From positions 23,934,001 to 23,998,000 of the forward strand of contig NC_045696.1 in NCBI RefSeq assembly GCF_009834535.1: DNA of 64,000 nt, read 5' to 3'. This DNA is from Camelus ferus (taxonomy: Eukaryota). The first letter of the stretch is position 1; every line of letters starts with the position of its first letter. The translations under genes were made by a program, and so were the position numbers. This document shows positions 25,219-38,789 of this stretch, in pieces. Under the pieces are notes generated by a model. It made no database searches, had not been told where the DNA came from, and saw nothing but the letters and a program-made list of their open reading frames with translations.

Positions 25219-28200
25219 TCCCCAGTGGATATGTATTGGACACCTGGGTGAATTTCCTTGGAAAGATCTTTGGGTCTAGAAAGTATTCTCTACTTTTGTT
25301 ATTCTAACTTTTAATTACATAGTTAAACCTGCTGAACAGATGGTAACATTTAGAATTAAAAAAAAATTGGTCTTGGAAAGGCAGCCCAAGTTTTGACAGT
25401 GGAATTTCCACCATCTAGGTATTGGTAGTCCATTTGGAGACAGGATATAACACCCAAAGAGCAGGCACTGAGGACCGCATGGAATGATGACAAACTCAAT
25501 TGCACACAGGTGTAGAGGACACGTTAAGTAGCTGTTGTGCTGACAATATTAGCATCAGCTATGTAAGCATAATTATTGGTCCAGGGCAGATTGTTGTAAA
25601 ACAGCTAATAAACAGGAAACATTAACTTCCCTCACACAGGGACTTTGCAAAACCAATATTAGTACTGTGTGTTCTGTACATGTATTTTCTCTGAAGCCAA
25701 TTAACCTCTTTATTGGAAAACAAGAGCTTCATTATTGTTGAACGTGGCAGCTAATCCTTCACAGTAGATAACTTTCATTGAGCATGAGTGGAATGAGTTG
25801 TGTTTACTTCCCTGACAATCCCATACAATTAAAAGAAAGATTAATTGTTTAATTTCCTCAACATTGGTGCTTGCAAAGGCTAGGAGATCCATAAAACTAA
25901 AAAGTATAGTTTTTCATTCACCCAAGGCCAGGGGAGCTGTGGAAATTAATTTTTGGACAGTATATATCTTTTTATTATCCTGACTATGTAAGGATGGGTG
26001 AGGGCTTGGGTATCTTTGTAGAATCAATTTTTATTATATTTCTCCCCTAGAACTTGGAAGATTCAGACTGAGATAAGATACAAACCCAAAGATTTATCAA
26101 ATTACTTTGATGCTGCAGACTTAGACTTTTTGGCTGACACACAGCATGTGGAAGAAGCCAACAGAGAAGAATAATGAAAATGTAGGCAATGACCATTAAA
26201 GTAGACATAAAAATCTGGAAATATATTTAATAATAATTTGTACTGTTGCAGATTGATATCATATCACAGATGATAAACTTTATATATACACCAAGTTCTT
26301 TCTATTTTTATTTTTTGCCATGAATGTGTAATGCTGTTTACAAATAAGAACAGTATACATTTTAGACCCACAGGAAGATTCATCTTCATTACTGTTTATC
26401 AGGGATTATAATATACAAGACTTTAGAGTATTTGTTGAACTACTGACAATCTGAAAGATATTACTTTCGTGAAAGCTTTTAATCTTATCTCTTGTTAAAA
26501 ACATATAAAACTTAATGTGTGTACATGACTACATATTTTTTTTCTTTATTCATTTTTGGGTGGAGAGAGCATATTGAAGCTGCTTTATCTGACTTATTTC
26601 TCTAAAAAGGCTCCTGCACACATATCTTGTTGTTTATATTCTCCCAGAAAAACCAAGGGACTTGGATAATTCACCCTGAAAAGAACAGAGCTTTCACCAT
26701 TTCTGTTGTGCTTTCCAAAATGGTCTAAAAAAATTACAATGCTGGCTGTCCTTAGAATGTTATGGTACATCTAAAATATGTGTCATGTCTGTACCCTATC
26801 TTCCTCTTAAAGGTTTCCTCTACCTCCTGAAAAGAAATATGCACAGCACCCCTTATTAGTCAGAAAAGCCCACGGGATATCTTCTCTTTCAAGTACCTTC
26901 AAAATCTTTTACATTTGTTCTGCCATTTCTGACTACCTTTATCAAGGGAAAGAACACAATTCTCATTGTCAACTTTGTGATCTGGATCACAGAGCAAGCT
27001 CTAAAATGGGTCCACCAAATACAGCTCATACTCTCCGCTAGGGCACAAATTATGAAAACTCTAAGGGAACAGAGGAAGCCCCCCCCCCCCCCCATTGAAG
27101 AAGACTGTAAGTATGAAAACCATACCCATGACACAGATCCATTAGAGAGGGTTTCTCTCCATCTCAGAATGATTCTTCTTTCACCGCAGGATTGCTTTAA
27201 ATCAAATTCTCTCCCTCTTCCTTGCATTTAAGTATTTGTTTATAAATCAATAACTACTTGAAAGAGAGACTGGAGAAAAAGAGAACTGGTGCCAAATTGA
27301 GATTTATCAGAAATGGAGATAAACCATTTTTAAACTTTCTCTGTAAGTCAAAGAGGAAATTAGATCCACTGTTTAAAGGTCCTGTTCCTGTTCGTTTTCA
27401 CCGCACCATGCGCCCGAACAAATTATGAATAAAATTCTCCAATGACCTTACTTAAAATTAATGCCCAGTGAGCACCTCTACCCACCACCATTACATGTGT
27501 ATGTATACACAGAGAGGCACGTTTCCAATTCCGTTCCAGACAGCTCCACGGCATCCGTGTGAGATGATGGCCGCTGATTAATGTTTGTCTGATGCGTGAA
27601 CTGCACGCTTTCAGAGCTCCTGGAAAGACAGTTCTTCCCCAAAACAGCTGCGAAACCAGACTGACTTTTAACCTCCCCTGTTGAACACAAGAACTCTTGG
27701 CACAATGACAGTGCAAGTAGCACCAACCCTATGGGGTTACCATTATAGAAACAGACTTGGCCAGCAGGAAATGTTTACATCCTGCACGAACCCCTGATGT
27801 TCGACATGAAACCCGAGCGGCTCACCATGGTTTCACAAGACAAAAGTCTCCATCTTTGAACTTGCCTCATAGTCCAAACAAACAAACATTCCCATTTCCT
27901 TACCGTCAAATGCGTCCCAACTACTCCTTTTATGGAACTGTTTCTATGTTCTGCAGATACAGAAATAAACCGCCGGGCAGCGTTCTGTGTAATTAAATAC
28001 AAGCCACTCCCAGCAGGGATAACACTCGGGTAAGCAACACAACAGAAAGAGACGGACTCTGGGCAGGTCAGTGCAGCTCGTCAAACATCTCCTAAGTGAG
28101 GAGATTATATTTTAATAAAAATGAACTATAAAAGATAGCCCGGTTGCGCTATACCTTACTGAATTTGAACCTTAGAGCTCAAGAGGTAGTAATGACATGC

Positions 28201-28554
28201 AGCCCTTTACCAGATTCTCTGTGATCAAACACAGCTTTGTGAAGAGGGTGGAAATAGAAACCCAGGCTGAGGAGGTTGAGGATCTAGAAGAGGGAAGTTA
28301 AAACCCTTTTCCAACTTCCAGCAGCCCTTGGCAAAGGTCTAGCACCAGAAAGCCACCTGGTCACCCAGTTTCCTGCCAGTAATTGGACAAAAGGAGGGAG
28401 ACTATTGAAGCTCTCCAAAGGACTGTTAGTTAGTTTAATGAGCAATTTACACCTGATGCTCTTGATTATTGCCCCTCCCCCACCAGCCAAAAATTGAAAG
28501 GACAGGAAATGCAGAAGTGAGCCTGATGATCATCTTTCAACATGGCTGATATAT

Positions 28555-28607
28555 GCTTGCTTGCTTGCTTGCTTGCTTTCTTTCTTTCTTTCTTTTTTTT
28601 TTTTTTA
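28555..28607 (+). repeat. (GCTT)n(CTTT)n poly-T compound repeat
   Basis: Read directly. Confidence 0.9.
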
Positions 28608-29175
28608 GCAAATCACTGTTCTGCTTTTTCCTTCAGTGAAATACAGAACTTCTCAGAGGCCAGACAATTTTGTTTTGACTTCAGGAGGCTGCAGTGATTA
28701 GACTGCATGTATATTGGTTTGTTCCCTCTTGCGTTATGACCGTGCACCCACTTCCTAAGTGCAGAAGGCCAAAAGGAAATCAGGCAGCCAAAGGGAAACT
28801 GTGCATAATCATTCCACTTCCAATTTTATTTGGACTTCATAAGCATATATGGACAAGGAAATGTTGGAAAGGCTTTGAGGCAATGTGTTGGGGAAAAATG
28901 GGTTTTATTTTTGGGAACATTCTGATTATTTGGAATATGATCTTATGAATGTATTTAATCTCTCTGAGCTTCTGTTCCTTCATCTACAAGACAAATATTA
29001 TCTTCTCAAGATAGAAAGGTACAGTGGATAACGGTTCATTCTGCTCTAGTCACACCTGCATTTGAATATGGGGAGGGAAACTGCTTCTCATTAAACAATC
29101 TTAAAATTCCCCGTTTGGGTTATTTCTGCATTCAAATGAGATGATAATTAAAAAACAAAACAAAACATGACATTG

Positions 29176-29651
29176 TGTATTATCTTTCTATTGCTGCTAT
29201 AACAAATCAGTGCAAACTTTATGGCTTAAAACAACACACATTTATTATCTTGTATTTCTCTGGGTTAGAAATTTGGACACTTGTCTCCCTGGAATAAAAT
29301 CAAGGTATTGACAAGATGTTGTTCCTTTCTGGAAGCTCTAGGGGAGAAACTGTTTCCTTCCTTTTTCCAGTTTCTTAAGGCCATCCACACTCCTTGGCTC
29401 AGAAACACTTTCCTCCATCCTCAAAATCAGTAAGGTTCCATCTCTCTGACCACAGTCAGGAAAGTTCTCTGATTTTTAAGTACTCATATGACTACCTTGA
29501 GCTCACCTGGATAATCCAAGACATTACCTCTCATCTCAGAGTTCTTAACTTAATCACCTCTGAAAGATCCTTTTTGTCATGTAAGGTAAATATTCCCAGG
29601 TTTCTAAGAGTAGGTTGTGAACATCTTTGGGGGCCATTACCCTGCCTATCA
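29176..29651 (-). mobile_element. MaLR LTR (MLT1C/D-like)
   Basis: tgtattatctttctattgctgctataacaaat...ggcttaaaacaac...ggggccatta...cctatca. Confidence 0.85.
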
Positions 29652-30239
29652 TTTATTGGAAAATGGCAGAATCATATAAGTGCTCCTTGTTACTTACAAG
29701 AAAATACCTGGAGTCTTGCCCTTGTTTTTAGGATACACATTGACAATTTTAAAACTTTTCATAGTCCTCCAAATAGTTTCCTAGTGTCAAAGGAAGTAAC
29801 ATGAAGGTAAATTGAACAATACATAAATTTAAATACATTTAGTTTTGGGATTAATCTATGTTCAAGTTACCTTCTTAACCAAACTATTTTAAAATATCAG
29901 TTTGTTTTTGGAAATATTTAGGTAAAAAATGTTGAAGAATCTAACAACTAACTTGATGGAACTATTGATTTCAAAAATAAAAAGATCAAAATTATGTCTT
30001 AATCACCACCAAAATGTAATCAGTGATATTTCTGTCCCTTTTAAGTTTTCCCAAGATCATGAACTGTATCAATGGCTCTCATTTGTAATTATTTTCTCAC
30101 TATAGCTACAGGCTTTTTTTGACCCAAATTCTTTTCAACTTACGTGATTGAGTTACATTCAGTGGACTCCTGCTATAACATATTCTAGTCTTTTTTAGTC
30201 TTCCTTGCTGCATGCTCTCTGCATGACTAAAGTTTAAGT

Positions 30240-31730
30240 GGTAGAATTCCCCCAGGAGTCAGTGCTAAGGTACTGTTACTCAGTCACATTTAATTCTTGG
30301 TTGACCACATCTGGTGCCGTAGCTTTATATAACTTCTGTATCTGACAAATGTCAAAGCTATATTCCCACAGACAATCTCTTCCAACTTCCCATATAACAT
30401 TTCTGCCTAGGTGCCTAATGGATTTATGAGACCTACCTTTTCTGAAGTCTTTCTCATTTCAGGAAGTATCAACTCTATTCTTTCTGTTGACCAAACCCTG
30501 AAGTCTTCCTTGATGATCCTCTCTGTCTCTCAGAGCCGACATAAGTAAATTATGATCGCTCTAATTTCCAAATACATCCAGAATCTGACCATTTCTCATA
30601 CCACCACACCCACCGTTCCCTTAGTCCAAGCCATTATCATCTCTCACCTGGACGATTGCAATATTCCCAAATTGTCGTTCTGCTTCTATCCTTGCTTTTT
30701 CTCTGCTCAGAAACACCCTAGGCTTCAAAGATCACTTAGAAAAAACTATAAAGTCCACATTGTGGATTAAAGACCCTACATGATCTTGCCCTCAACCTCG
30801 TGCTCTCATCTCCATTCTCCCTTTTACTCACTAGATTGGGAACTTTGCTGAGCTGGCTGCCTTCCATTTTTCCCTCAGGATCCACCCTTAATGTTTCTCT
30901 CCTTTCTTCTGTGTCTTGATAGAGGAAAGAGTTGGTCTCCATCAATAGATGCCTTAGCCCTCTGCCTTCAGCCAAGAGAGATGTCTGACAAGAGATCAGA
31001 GGGAGAAAAAGAGAGAGGACAGAGTTTGTATCTGCTACCTCTCTCCCTGCAGGTTCTCTGCTGGCAGGCGGCATCCTTCCTTCAAGAAGTTCAGTCCTAC
31101 GAAGCAGTTCTCTTTGCACATCCCTCTTTCTCAGAATTCCTACAACTAATCTAGCACCTCACCCCATAGGGTCTAATGGCAGTAACAGAGACCCACTGTT
31201 ATTGGACCACTAATCCAAGGTACTGTATTTTCCCCAACGACATCCTCGCATTGTGTCTTTGCTCTTTACGTGGAGACTTGTGATTACATTCTAGTCAAAT
31301 TATTCTGTAGAGACCCGAACAATATAAACACTGAGCGCTCTCCTGCATCAGGACCTCAGACCTTTGCACTCACTCTTTCCTATGCCAGGTGCATTCATCT
31401 CCTTGATAGTCCTAAGGCTCATTGCCTTTCCTCACATTGGCCTCTTTCAAATATCGCTCCAGTTCAGAGGCACTCCTTGGCCATGCTCAGTAAAATGACA
31501 CAACCTCCTCCACCTCTCTCTATCCCATTGCCTTGTTAGCTTTTCCCCCTGGATAACATGTTTTATTCACTGATATTTTATATATCTATTTATTTATTAC
31601 CTATATCCTCCAACAAGAGTGCAATGGATGCTCTGTTTGAAAGGGAACTATGTTATATTCTGAAGCATCCTTCAAATCTACAATGGGACTGGTAGCTACG
31701 CACTTCTTATTTGGTAAATGGATGATTAGA
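30240..31730 (+). mobile_element. L2 with nested LTR
   Basis: L2 body motifs (gtccaagccattatcatctctcacctgg; cctttgcact...) on both sides of the LTR33-like insert. Confidence 0.75.
30840..31326. mobile_element. ERVL LTR (LTR33-like)
   Basis: ccttccattttccctcaggatccacc start and gacccgaacaatata end resemble LTR33 termini. Confidence 0.55.
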
Positions 31731-32594
31731 ATTTCATCTTGAATAACATGAGTAGAGGGCTCAGTCAATGAAAGTACTAGGAAGACCCATTAGAGTTGCT
31801 TGAGTCTGAAGTCCAAGGAAAGACAATATGACAAGGGCTGGATGTTCCTTTCAAGTGACTTCTGTATCCTTTCTAATCTTGAGATCGCTAATGCTCAGTC
31901 TTTCTGCCACTCCTCTTTGAACTTTGCTTGTATAAACCAAATGGAAGAAATCGACTGGGAAAGGTGTAAATATAGTTTGAAGGCAGAATGAGAAGTGAAC
32001 CAAGCTGAAGACGGGCAAGCAGAAGAAGAGTGGAGGAAGCCTGCAAAGTTCAAGCAGGAGAAGGAACAGGGGAGCCAGGGTGAGTCCAGATTTAGTGAGA
32101 GGAAAGCCTCTATAGTCACCTGGGATTGATGGTTGATCTGTGTCTCCTGATTTCGTTTTCAGGAACAAAATAGAATGATGGGTTGATAAAGAAAGTAAGT
32201 GTGATAAGTGTGTGTTCATAAATGTTACTTACTTATTATGGGGTGTATTTAAGGCATAGATAGTGTTTATTGAGCAGTTCATTTTCAAGATTATGGGGCC
32301 AAAGCAGAAGGGAGTAGAAGATGGAAGCAAGTTAAACAGGTAAAGCTACACCTTTCTCTGCTTACAATCAGTAAGAGCCACAAACAGTGATACTGCCTCA
32401 AATCATTGTGAAGCTTAATGGTGCTTGTGAATTTCAGGAACTATGCACACATTTTCTCTTTTTATCAATTTCTCTTTACTTATATAGGTAGAATTACTGA
32501 ACACTTTGCATTCAAATGTGTACTTTTTTCGGGATGAGAATCACCTTGTGCTACATGAAAAGTCTATTTAGTCAATACACATGCTAGAAGCACA

Positions 32595-33960
32595 ATTTAA
32601 CACCCCACATTTATTGAGTTTCTTCTGTGCGTTAAACACTTATTTATATTTTAAAGATCATAGATGAATAAGACTCCCGATTCCTGCCCTGAAGGAATTT
32701 ACAGTCTAATAAAGGAAACAAGTATTTTGCAAGCAGTGATTATTATCAAAGGGATTTTACTAGTAACATGAATAAAACACTGCGGGAAGCTGAAGAAGGG
32801 AAAGGGTACCATTTCATGGGGGAGAATCAAATGAGGAAAGGATTAGTAAACATTTTAAAGGGAGTAACATTGGAGTTGATCCTTGAAAATGATTTTTGTA
32901 GTAAGGATTTGGTAAGAAACATCACTTGGGTAAAGAAAACAACAGGGAAAATGAGCAAAGCTTTTCAGAAACTAGTGAGAATGGACAAAACATGTGAATA
33001 GATGTAAAATAGCTTGTGGCACTGAAGGACATTAAGACTAGGTCGAGTCACATGGAAAAAGGAGATGGCCACATATGCTTGATAAATAAAATTTTGTAAG
33101 AATGGATAAGAAGTGACAGATTTGAAGAACTTTTCAGAGTTAGACTTGACAAGACATCATGACTGATTGGATTTGGATGGAGAGATGGGAGAAGTAAAAG
33201 TTGGCTCCTAAATTTCTAGCTTGGGAACTGAATGTATAATAGCATTCATAACTAAAATATTGAACAGAGTAGGGGGAACAGGTTTGAAGAGTTGGATGAT
33301 GCGTGCAGCTGGGAACATAATGTAGAATAAAACTTTTACAAGTTCCTCGTAGAGATATCCAATAGAAAGTTAGAAACACAAATCTGGAACTTTGGGGTAT
33401 TCAAGACTGCATGTATAGATTTGGTGTGATTGTAGGAGTAGGATTATCCATGAGGCTAATTTATGCAACTGAGGGAATCAACTAAGGATGAGAAATCCAG
33501 GAAGGAGATCTGAGTCCTTACAGCGGGTGTAGATTTGAGAGCACATGTTTGGTCGTGCAGGTTGTGCCCTGTACAATTCTAGGGACACCATTTACTTAGA
33601 CTGTGAGGTGAGTGGTACCCACTGTTGTTGTTCAATGTAGCTACCCTGAGATTGAAGAAAATAAGCCAGAGAAAGTATTTCAAAGGGAGAGAGAGGTGAC
33701 TGTGACTGGAGGCTATGAGGAACACCAATCCTAGGGGTGGAGGAAGGAAAAGAATCAAAATAAAATGTATGTTTGAATGGGAACTGTCAGAGAGGGAAGA
33801 GAAAACCAGAAGTGTAGTGTTTGGAAACAGAGGGGGCATTTTCAAAGGAGGATATCAACAATATTAAATCCTATGGAAGGGTCAAATGCAATACAGAATT
33901 TAAGGAGTTCTTTTGACCTGGAAACTAGGAGGAAGTTGTCAGTGCCAGTAAGACTGAGAC
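32595..33960 (-). mobile_element. L2 fragments
   Basis: catttattgagtttctt...cctgccctgaaggaatttacagtcta...gactgattggat. Confidence 0.75.
33521..33648. mobile_element. MER91B-like (hAT-Tip100) MITE inside L2
   Basis: gtgcaggttgtgccctgtacaattctagggacaccatttacttagactgtgaggtgagtggtaccc matches the palindromic MER91 layout. Confidence 0.6.
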
Positions 33961-34359
33961 TTGGATGTAGATCAGAAGTCAGAGTGCGGAAGGTTATATA
34001 ATGGCTCAGAGAAGAGAAAACTGAAATAATGCATGGAGACTGTATCTAAATCCTTTATTCTTTCTATTTAGATTATTTCTTTGACTCTCACACAGGACCT
34101 AACTGTGCTGTACAGAAATTATACGTTTCATAGTTTTTACTTGACTCGACAACTTACATTTTACTCATTTTGTATGCATCTGTCTGTTTAGCTATAGTAG
34201 AAATGTCTATATGTTGTCTCTAATATATTAGTAGTTGCTTAGAGAGCTATGTTCAGAAAGATTCTGAGGTTTTCTATAAGCTCACCTCAAAAGTGCTAGA
34301 AGTTTCTGTCACAAAGAAAGAACTGGGGGAGTACAGCATGTTTGTTTTGATAACAGAGA

Positions 34360-34458
34360 TTTTTCTTCCATTTGTCTTTTTACAGCCCAACACCTTGTGC
34401 AGTGTCTGGTCCTGGCAATAAATAATGGCTGAGTGAATGAATAAACAAATAAATGAAT
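34360..34458 (+). mobile_element. L2 3' end
   Basis: cagtgtctgg...caataaat...gaatgaataaac tail. Confidence 0.65.
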
Positions 34459-36764
34459 ACACTCTGAACTACAGTAGATTTGAGTTGGGCCTTGATAAAT
34501 AAACGCAGTTCAGTCTGACTGGGTCAGTGCTTTTTAATCAAATGTCGTGACATCCTACATGGGTCACAAGCAATTTGCTGCAAAAAAAAGAATTTACAAA
34601 ACCTTGCCAGTTACTTCATTTAAAACAATGGCTTGAATATATGGTGTATAATAACTACATTCTCACTCATATTCCAACTTGATTCCTTGAGTGAAAGATA
34701 AGTGGGGAGATTCAGAGCTGAATTTCTAGGAAGCCTAAGAAACTCTGGTTACATGCAGCAATGGCAGTGTTTCCCAAACATGGTCTTCACCCATCAAGAT
34801 AATGAGCTGGAAAGAAAATCATGAAAAGTGTTGAGTGTCCAGATATTAGGAAGAAGAAAATGTCAGGTGGAAAGAAGTCATCCTAGGCAATGGGAAAGAC
34901 AGGAGCACAGAGGGCACAAAGTGCTTGGCCTGAGAGAGTGACCTGCACAAGCCTAGTTGGGTGGGATGGACTACTCAGTGGAGGTGGTGCAGAGATTGGG
35001 AAAGATAAGGTCTCTGTACTGTCGTTTATTGGGTGAAAATATGGGGAAATATTCTTTTCATTCACTTAGAGAAAGGGAATTGGGTTTCTATTTAATGAAG
35101 GAGTCGATGTGCTTTAATATCAGGCAAAATAAAAAGTGGTAGAAATAAAAGTAATTTGGTAAGTTTAGAGACTGGTTTCAAGGAGAGCAATGTCACAGAA
35201 ACATTTACTGGTCAAATTTTTTTTCAGTCCAGCCTCCTTCAAAAATGAAATAGCCATTATCCTAACAGCACATGAAATGCATACAATATAAGTAAGTAGT
35301 ATAATTTTGTCATTTGAGGTCATGTTAACCTTCTTGAAGATAGAGCCAAGTACTCCCTAAGTTAATCATCACTTATTTTGGAGTTGGTGGCTATTTTGGC
35401 TTGAAGCTTTGTTCGGAACAAGCATGTGAAAGGCTGCTAAAATGCTATATTTGTTTATGTAAGGTCAGACTAACCCAGAGGTCTTCAAGTCTTAAAAAGT
35501 GAGAAAAGTTTAGATTGGTCCACGACTGTGTATGCGATTGTGCAAAAGATAAGCCATTCTTTACCACCTGACAAGGTCATACTACCCTTAATGCTAAGTG
35601 CACTTTACAGAAATAGTAACGATTCAACTGAATGTGAAGTAGACTTGATGCATAGCATGTCTTGAAAGTTAGATTTCAAAATATTCTTTTCAATATCTAA
35701 AAAGGGGCAAACTTCTATAGTGAGAGTAGTGTCAAATCCTGAGAATGACTTTAAGCCATCACATCATAAGAGAGCTCTCAGTTATGAAGTTTAATATTTC
35801 ACTCAGCCATGTCTAAACAATCAGCATATGTCTTGGTGAAGAGCAGACTACTCGCCTGAAAATTAACAATTAATTTTATATTAAGTTTGGCAGAATGGGA
35901 ACAGCACAGTCAACAGTGCTAGCAAACAGCATGATTTATACATCACTTTTAATTAAACATGAATTCTTTAAAGTTATTGTAAAAATGAACACATTACATT
36001 TAGTTCCTTTGTCATTAATATTTTAGTAAGGGTATAATGGGTGCATTTTTATACATGTTTAAAATATTTTTTAGATATTGTCCATCTGTCCCAACTATCT
36101 AAATGCCAATATATGGATTAAAACAATAATCACAAAGATAAATGACCCAAAAGAGACTTTCGGAACAATTGATAATGAGACTGAGATAAATTTGATAGTT
36201 TAAGTGATCTTTCTCAAAGAACAGTGTGTTATTTGGAACCAGCCATTCATTTTTTTTTTTTCTGTGTTAAATATTTGTCAGCTCTTATAATTGAAACTCG
36301 AGCTTTAAACTTATGGCTAAGTGAAATTCAGGGGGAGAGAGAATATTTCTATATGTCAAGCTTGGACGAAGAATCTTCAACAGGAAAGCTGCCATTTTTT
36401 TTGCCTTCAGATAAACTCTTTTTCTTAGTGGAAGGTCAGTTTAGAAGTCAATAGGAGGATTTAAGATAATTGGCTTTCAATTGAGAAACTTCAATAAACT
36501 CAGGCTACCTGATCTCAAACACTGCTTTCTCAGAGAAGTACAGTGCAAGAAATAAGACAGCAAAGGAAGCAAGAATGAGAACAGGAATGACAGGGAAACA
36601 TTCACTTCTAGAAATCTAGAGATGAACCGCAAAGTTTAGCAAGGTGGAACCACGAAGAAGACATTACACTACATATATTTAAATTATAGAAATATATTGT
36701 AATAGCCCTTTAAATCTAAGTCATATTCTGTGAAATATTTGATGAATATTTCATTTAAGATATA

Positions 36765-37480
36765 TTAATAGAATATTTAGTAGTTTCTAGGCACTGTGCT
36801 GGTAACGGGCATGCAATAAGAAGTACAAACCGATGTGATTCCTGACCACCTTAAGATTTCCAGCCCAGTAAGGGGGATAGACAATCATAAAATCACACTG
36901 TGAGGTGTACAGTTACAAATGTTGCCCCATGGGCTCTCAAGACAAAGAACCTGGGTTTATGACAAAGAAAGCCTACGTGCACTGAGGAGTAAGAGGATGT
37001 TTGGATTTTGGTTTAGAGGTGGAATAGAATTAACTAGGTGAAAGGGGCATTCTCAAATAATATTTATTAAATGAATGAAAAGAAATTCCAGGTAATTGTC
37101 CTGTGGCAGGGAGCAACATGATTCACCTAAAATTTGAAAGTCAGTGAGGTCAACACACAGAAAGCCAAGGTTAAATCGATGCAAGAAATTAAGTACAGAC
37201 CAGATCAATGCTGGGCTTTGGTCTTTATCTCAAGAATCCATGGAAGGATTTCAGCAGGGTGAAATGATCAGTTTACGTTTTCAAGAGCTCCCTCCAGCTG
37301 TAGGAAGTAGGATGGATCCCAAAGGGATCAGCATGGCTATGGGAAGAAGAGTTAGGAAGAGCAGATGTGAGAAAAAGATGCTGTAGCTTGGATTTGTTTG
37401 GTAGGAGTGATGGAGATTGAGACAAGTGGATGGTTTTAAAGTCAGTTAGGAAGTAAAATGGAAAGTATTTAGCAACTGTG
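36765..37480 (-). mobile_element. L2 fragment
   Basis: aggcactgtgctgg...gaaggatttcagcaggg...gaagtaaaat. Confidence 0.7.
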
Positions 37481-37481
37481 C

Positions 37482-37900
37482 TGATCAAGCTTCTTGGTTG
37501 AAAACAACAAAAACCAACCCTAGAAAAAGAAAAAATTATTGGAAAGATAGCAAGAAACTAGCAGAATTGAAGAGAAATTGGAAGACTGAGCTTGGGAAGC
37601 AGGTGAGAACAAAAGAAAAGATAGCCAAGAACATAGCCAAATTCAGCTACCTGGAATCTCAATGAAACCACGGCTACTGTGGACAGTCTCAAACTACCCC
37701 TGTATCTTTGCATCTTTCCCTATCAAGAGTCAAAGTCCCAGCTGGAGCATTCACTTACCTGAGCATAATTTATGGGGCAATGCCCTGATGACTCTGGGAG
37801 CAGGAGAGGGATAATTTGCCTCCCTTTAGCTTCTATGCTCAGATGATGAGCTCCCTCTCCTACAATGACCCAACCACTGAGGGAGTCTCCTCACTGCAAG
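37482..37900 (-). mobile_element. Old MaLR LTR (MLT1K/L-like) within L2
   Basis: ttggttgaaaacaacaaaaaccaacc...ttattggaaagata...caaagtcccag. Confidence 0.5.
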
Positions 37901-38789
37901 AATGTTCACATTATACTTAAAGGTCAAATTGCAGTGGATGCACACTGCAGCGTTGGATTGAGTATGGCTGATATTAGACAGCAAGGCATGAGAGATGACT
38001 ATGGCATGCTACTTCTTGGACATGGGAAATGCTGAAAAGTCATGGGTTTAATTTGGGTATAAATTTTTTTTTCTGAGGAAAGGGGAGAATCAAGAGTTGC
38101 TTCTTGGACAAATACCTTAAGTATAAGGTAGGAAACTTCGGGTCTTGTTTTGACCTAAACTTTATTATCTTATACCTAACACACTAAACTATTGGTGTCT
38201 CTAAGTGGGAAACTCCATCTGTAGTTAAAATGAGCAAAACTGAGTCATTATTACTAATGGATTATTTATCCTTTTCAGCTTAATCATTTAAAACTCTTTT
38301 CCTTGGATGAAATCCTTTTTATAGTATCTGTAGTAGTTCAGGATGTGAAATTGTTTCTTAACCAAATGGGAGAAAATGCAAAGGCTCCTCTCATTCCATC
38401 CCTATATATGAGACTCTTATCTTAATAGTGTCTTTGGGAATGAACGTCGATAAAAAATATTTTATTACAAATTACTATAAAGACCTACCAATAATCATTT
38501 GGAAAATAAATTATAAGCATCACTGAATTTTTAATAAGTAGCCTACAAATATTTGGGGCATGCTAAAAGAACTTAGAGTCTGTATGCACATTGTTCAGGT
38601 AGAGTTAGAAAGCTATTCTCTGCAATTAGAGAATGAAACTGTGAAGAGTCAGCCTTCAATACTGTGTTTTGAGGAAGGGCCATTCTTAAATAAAAAGGTG
38701 CTCTAGCTCTTAATTAATTAAAAATATTAATAGTGATGGAAAAGATTACTGAAAATAATGTACAACTCAATTAATCATATATACTTCAG

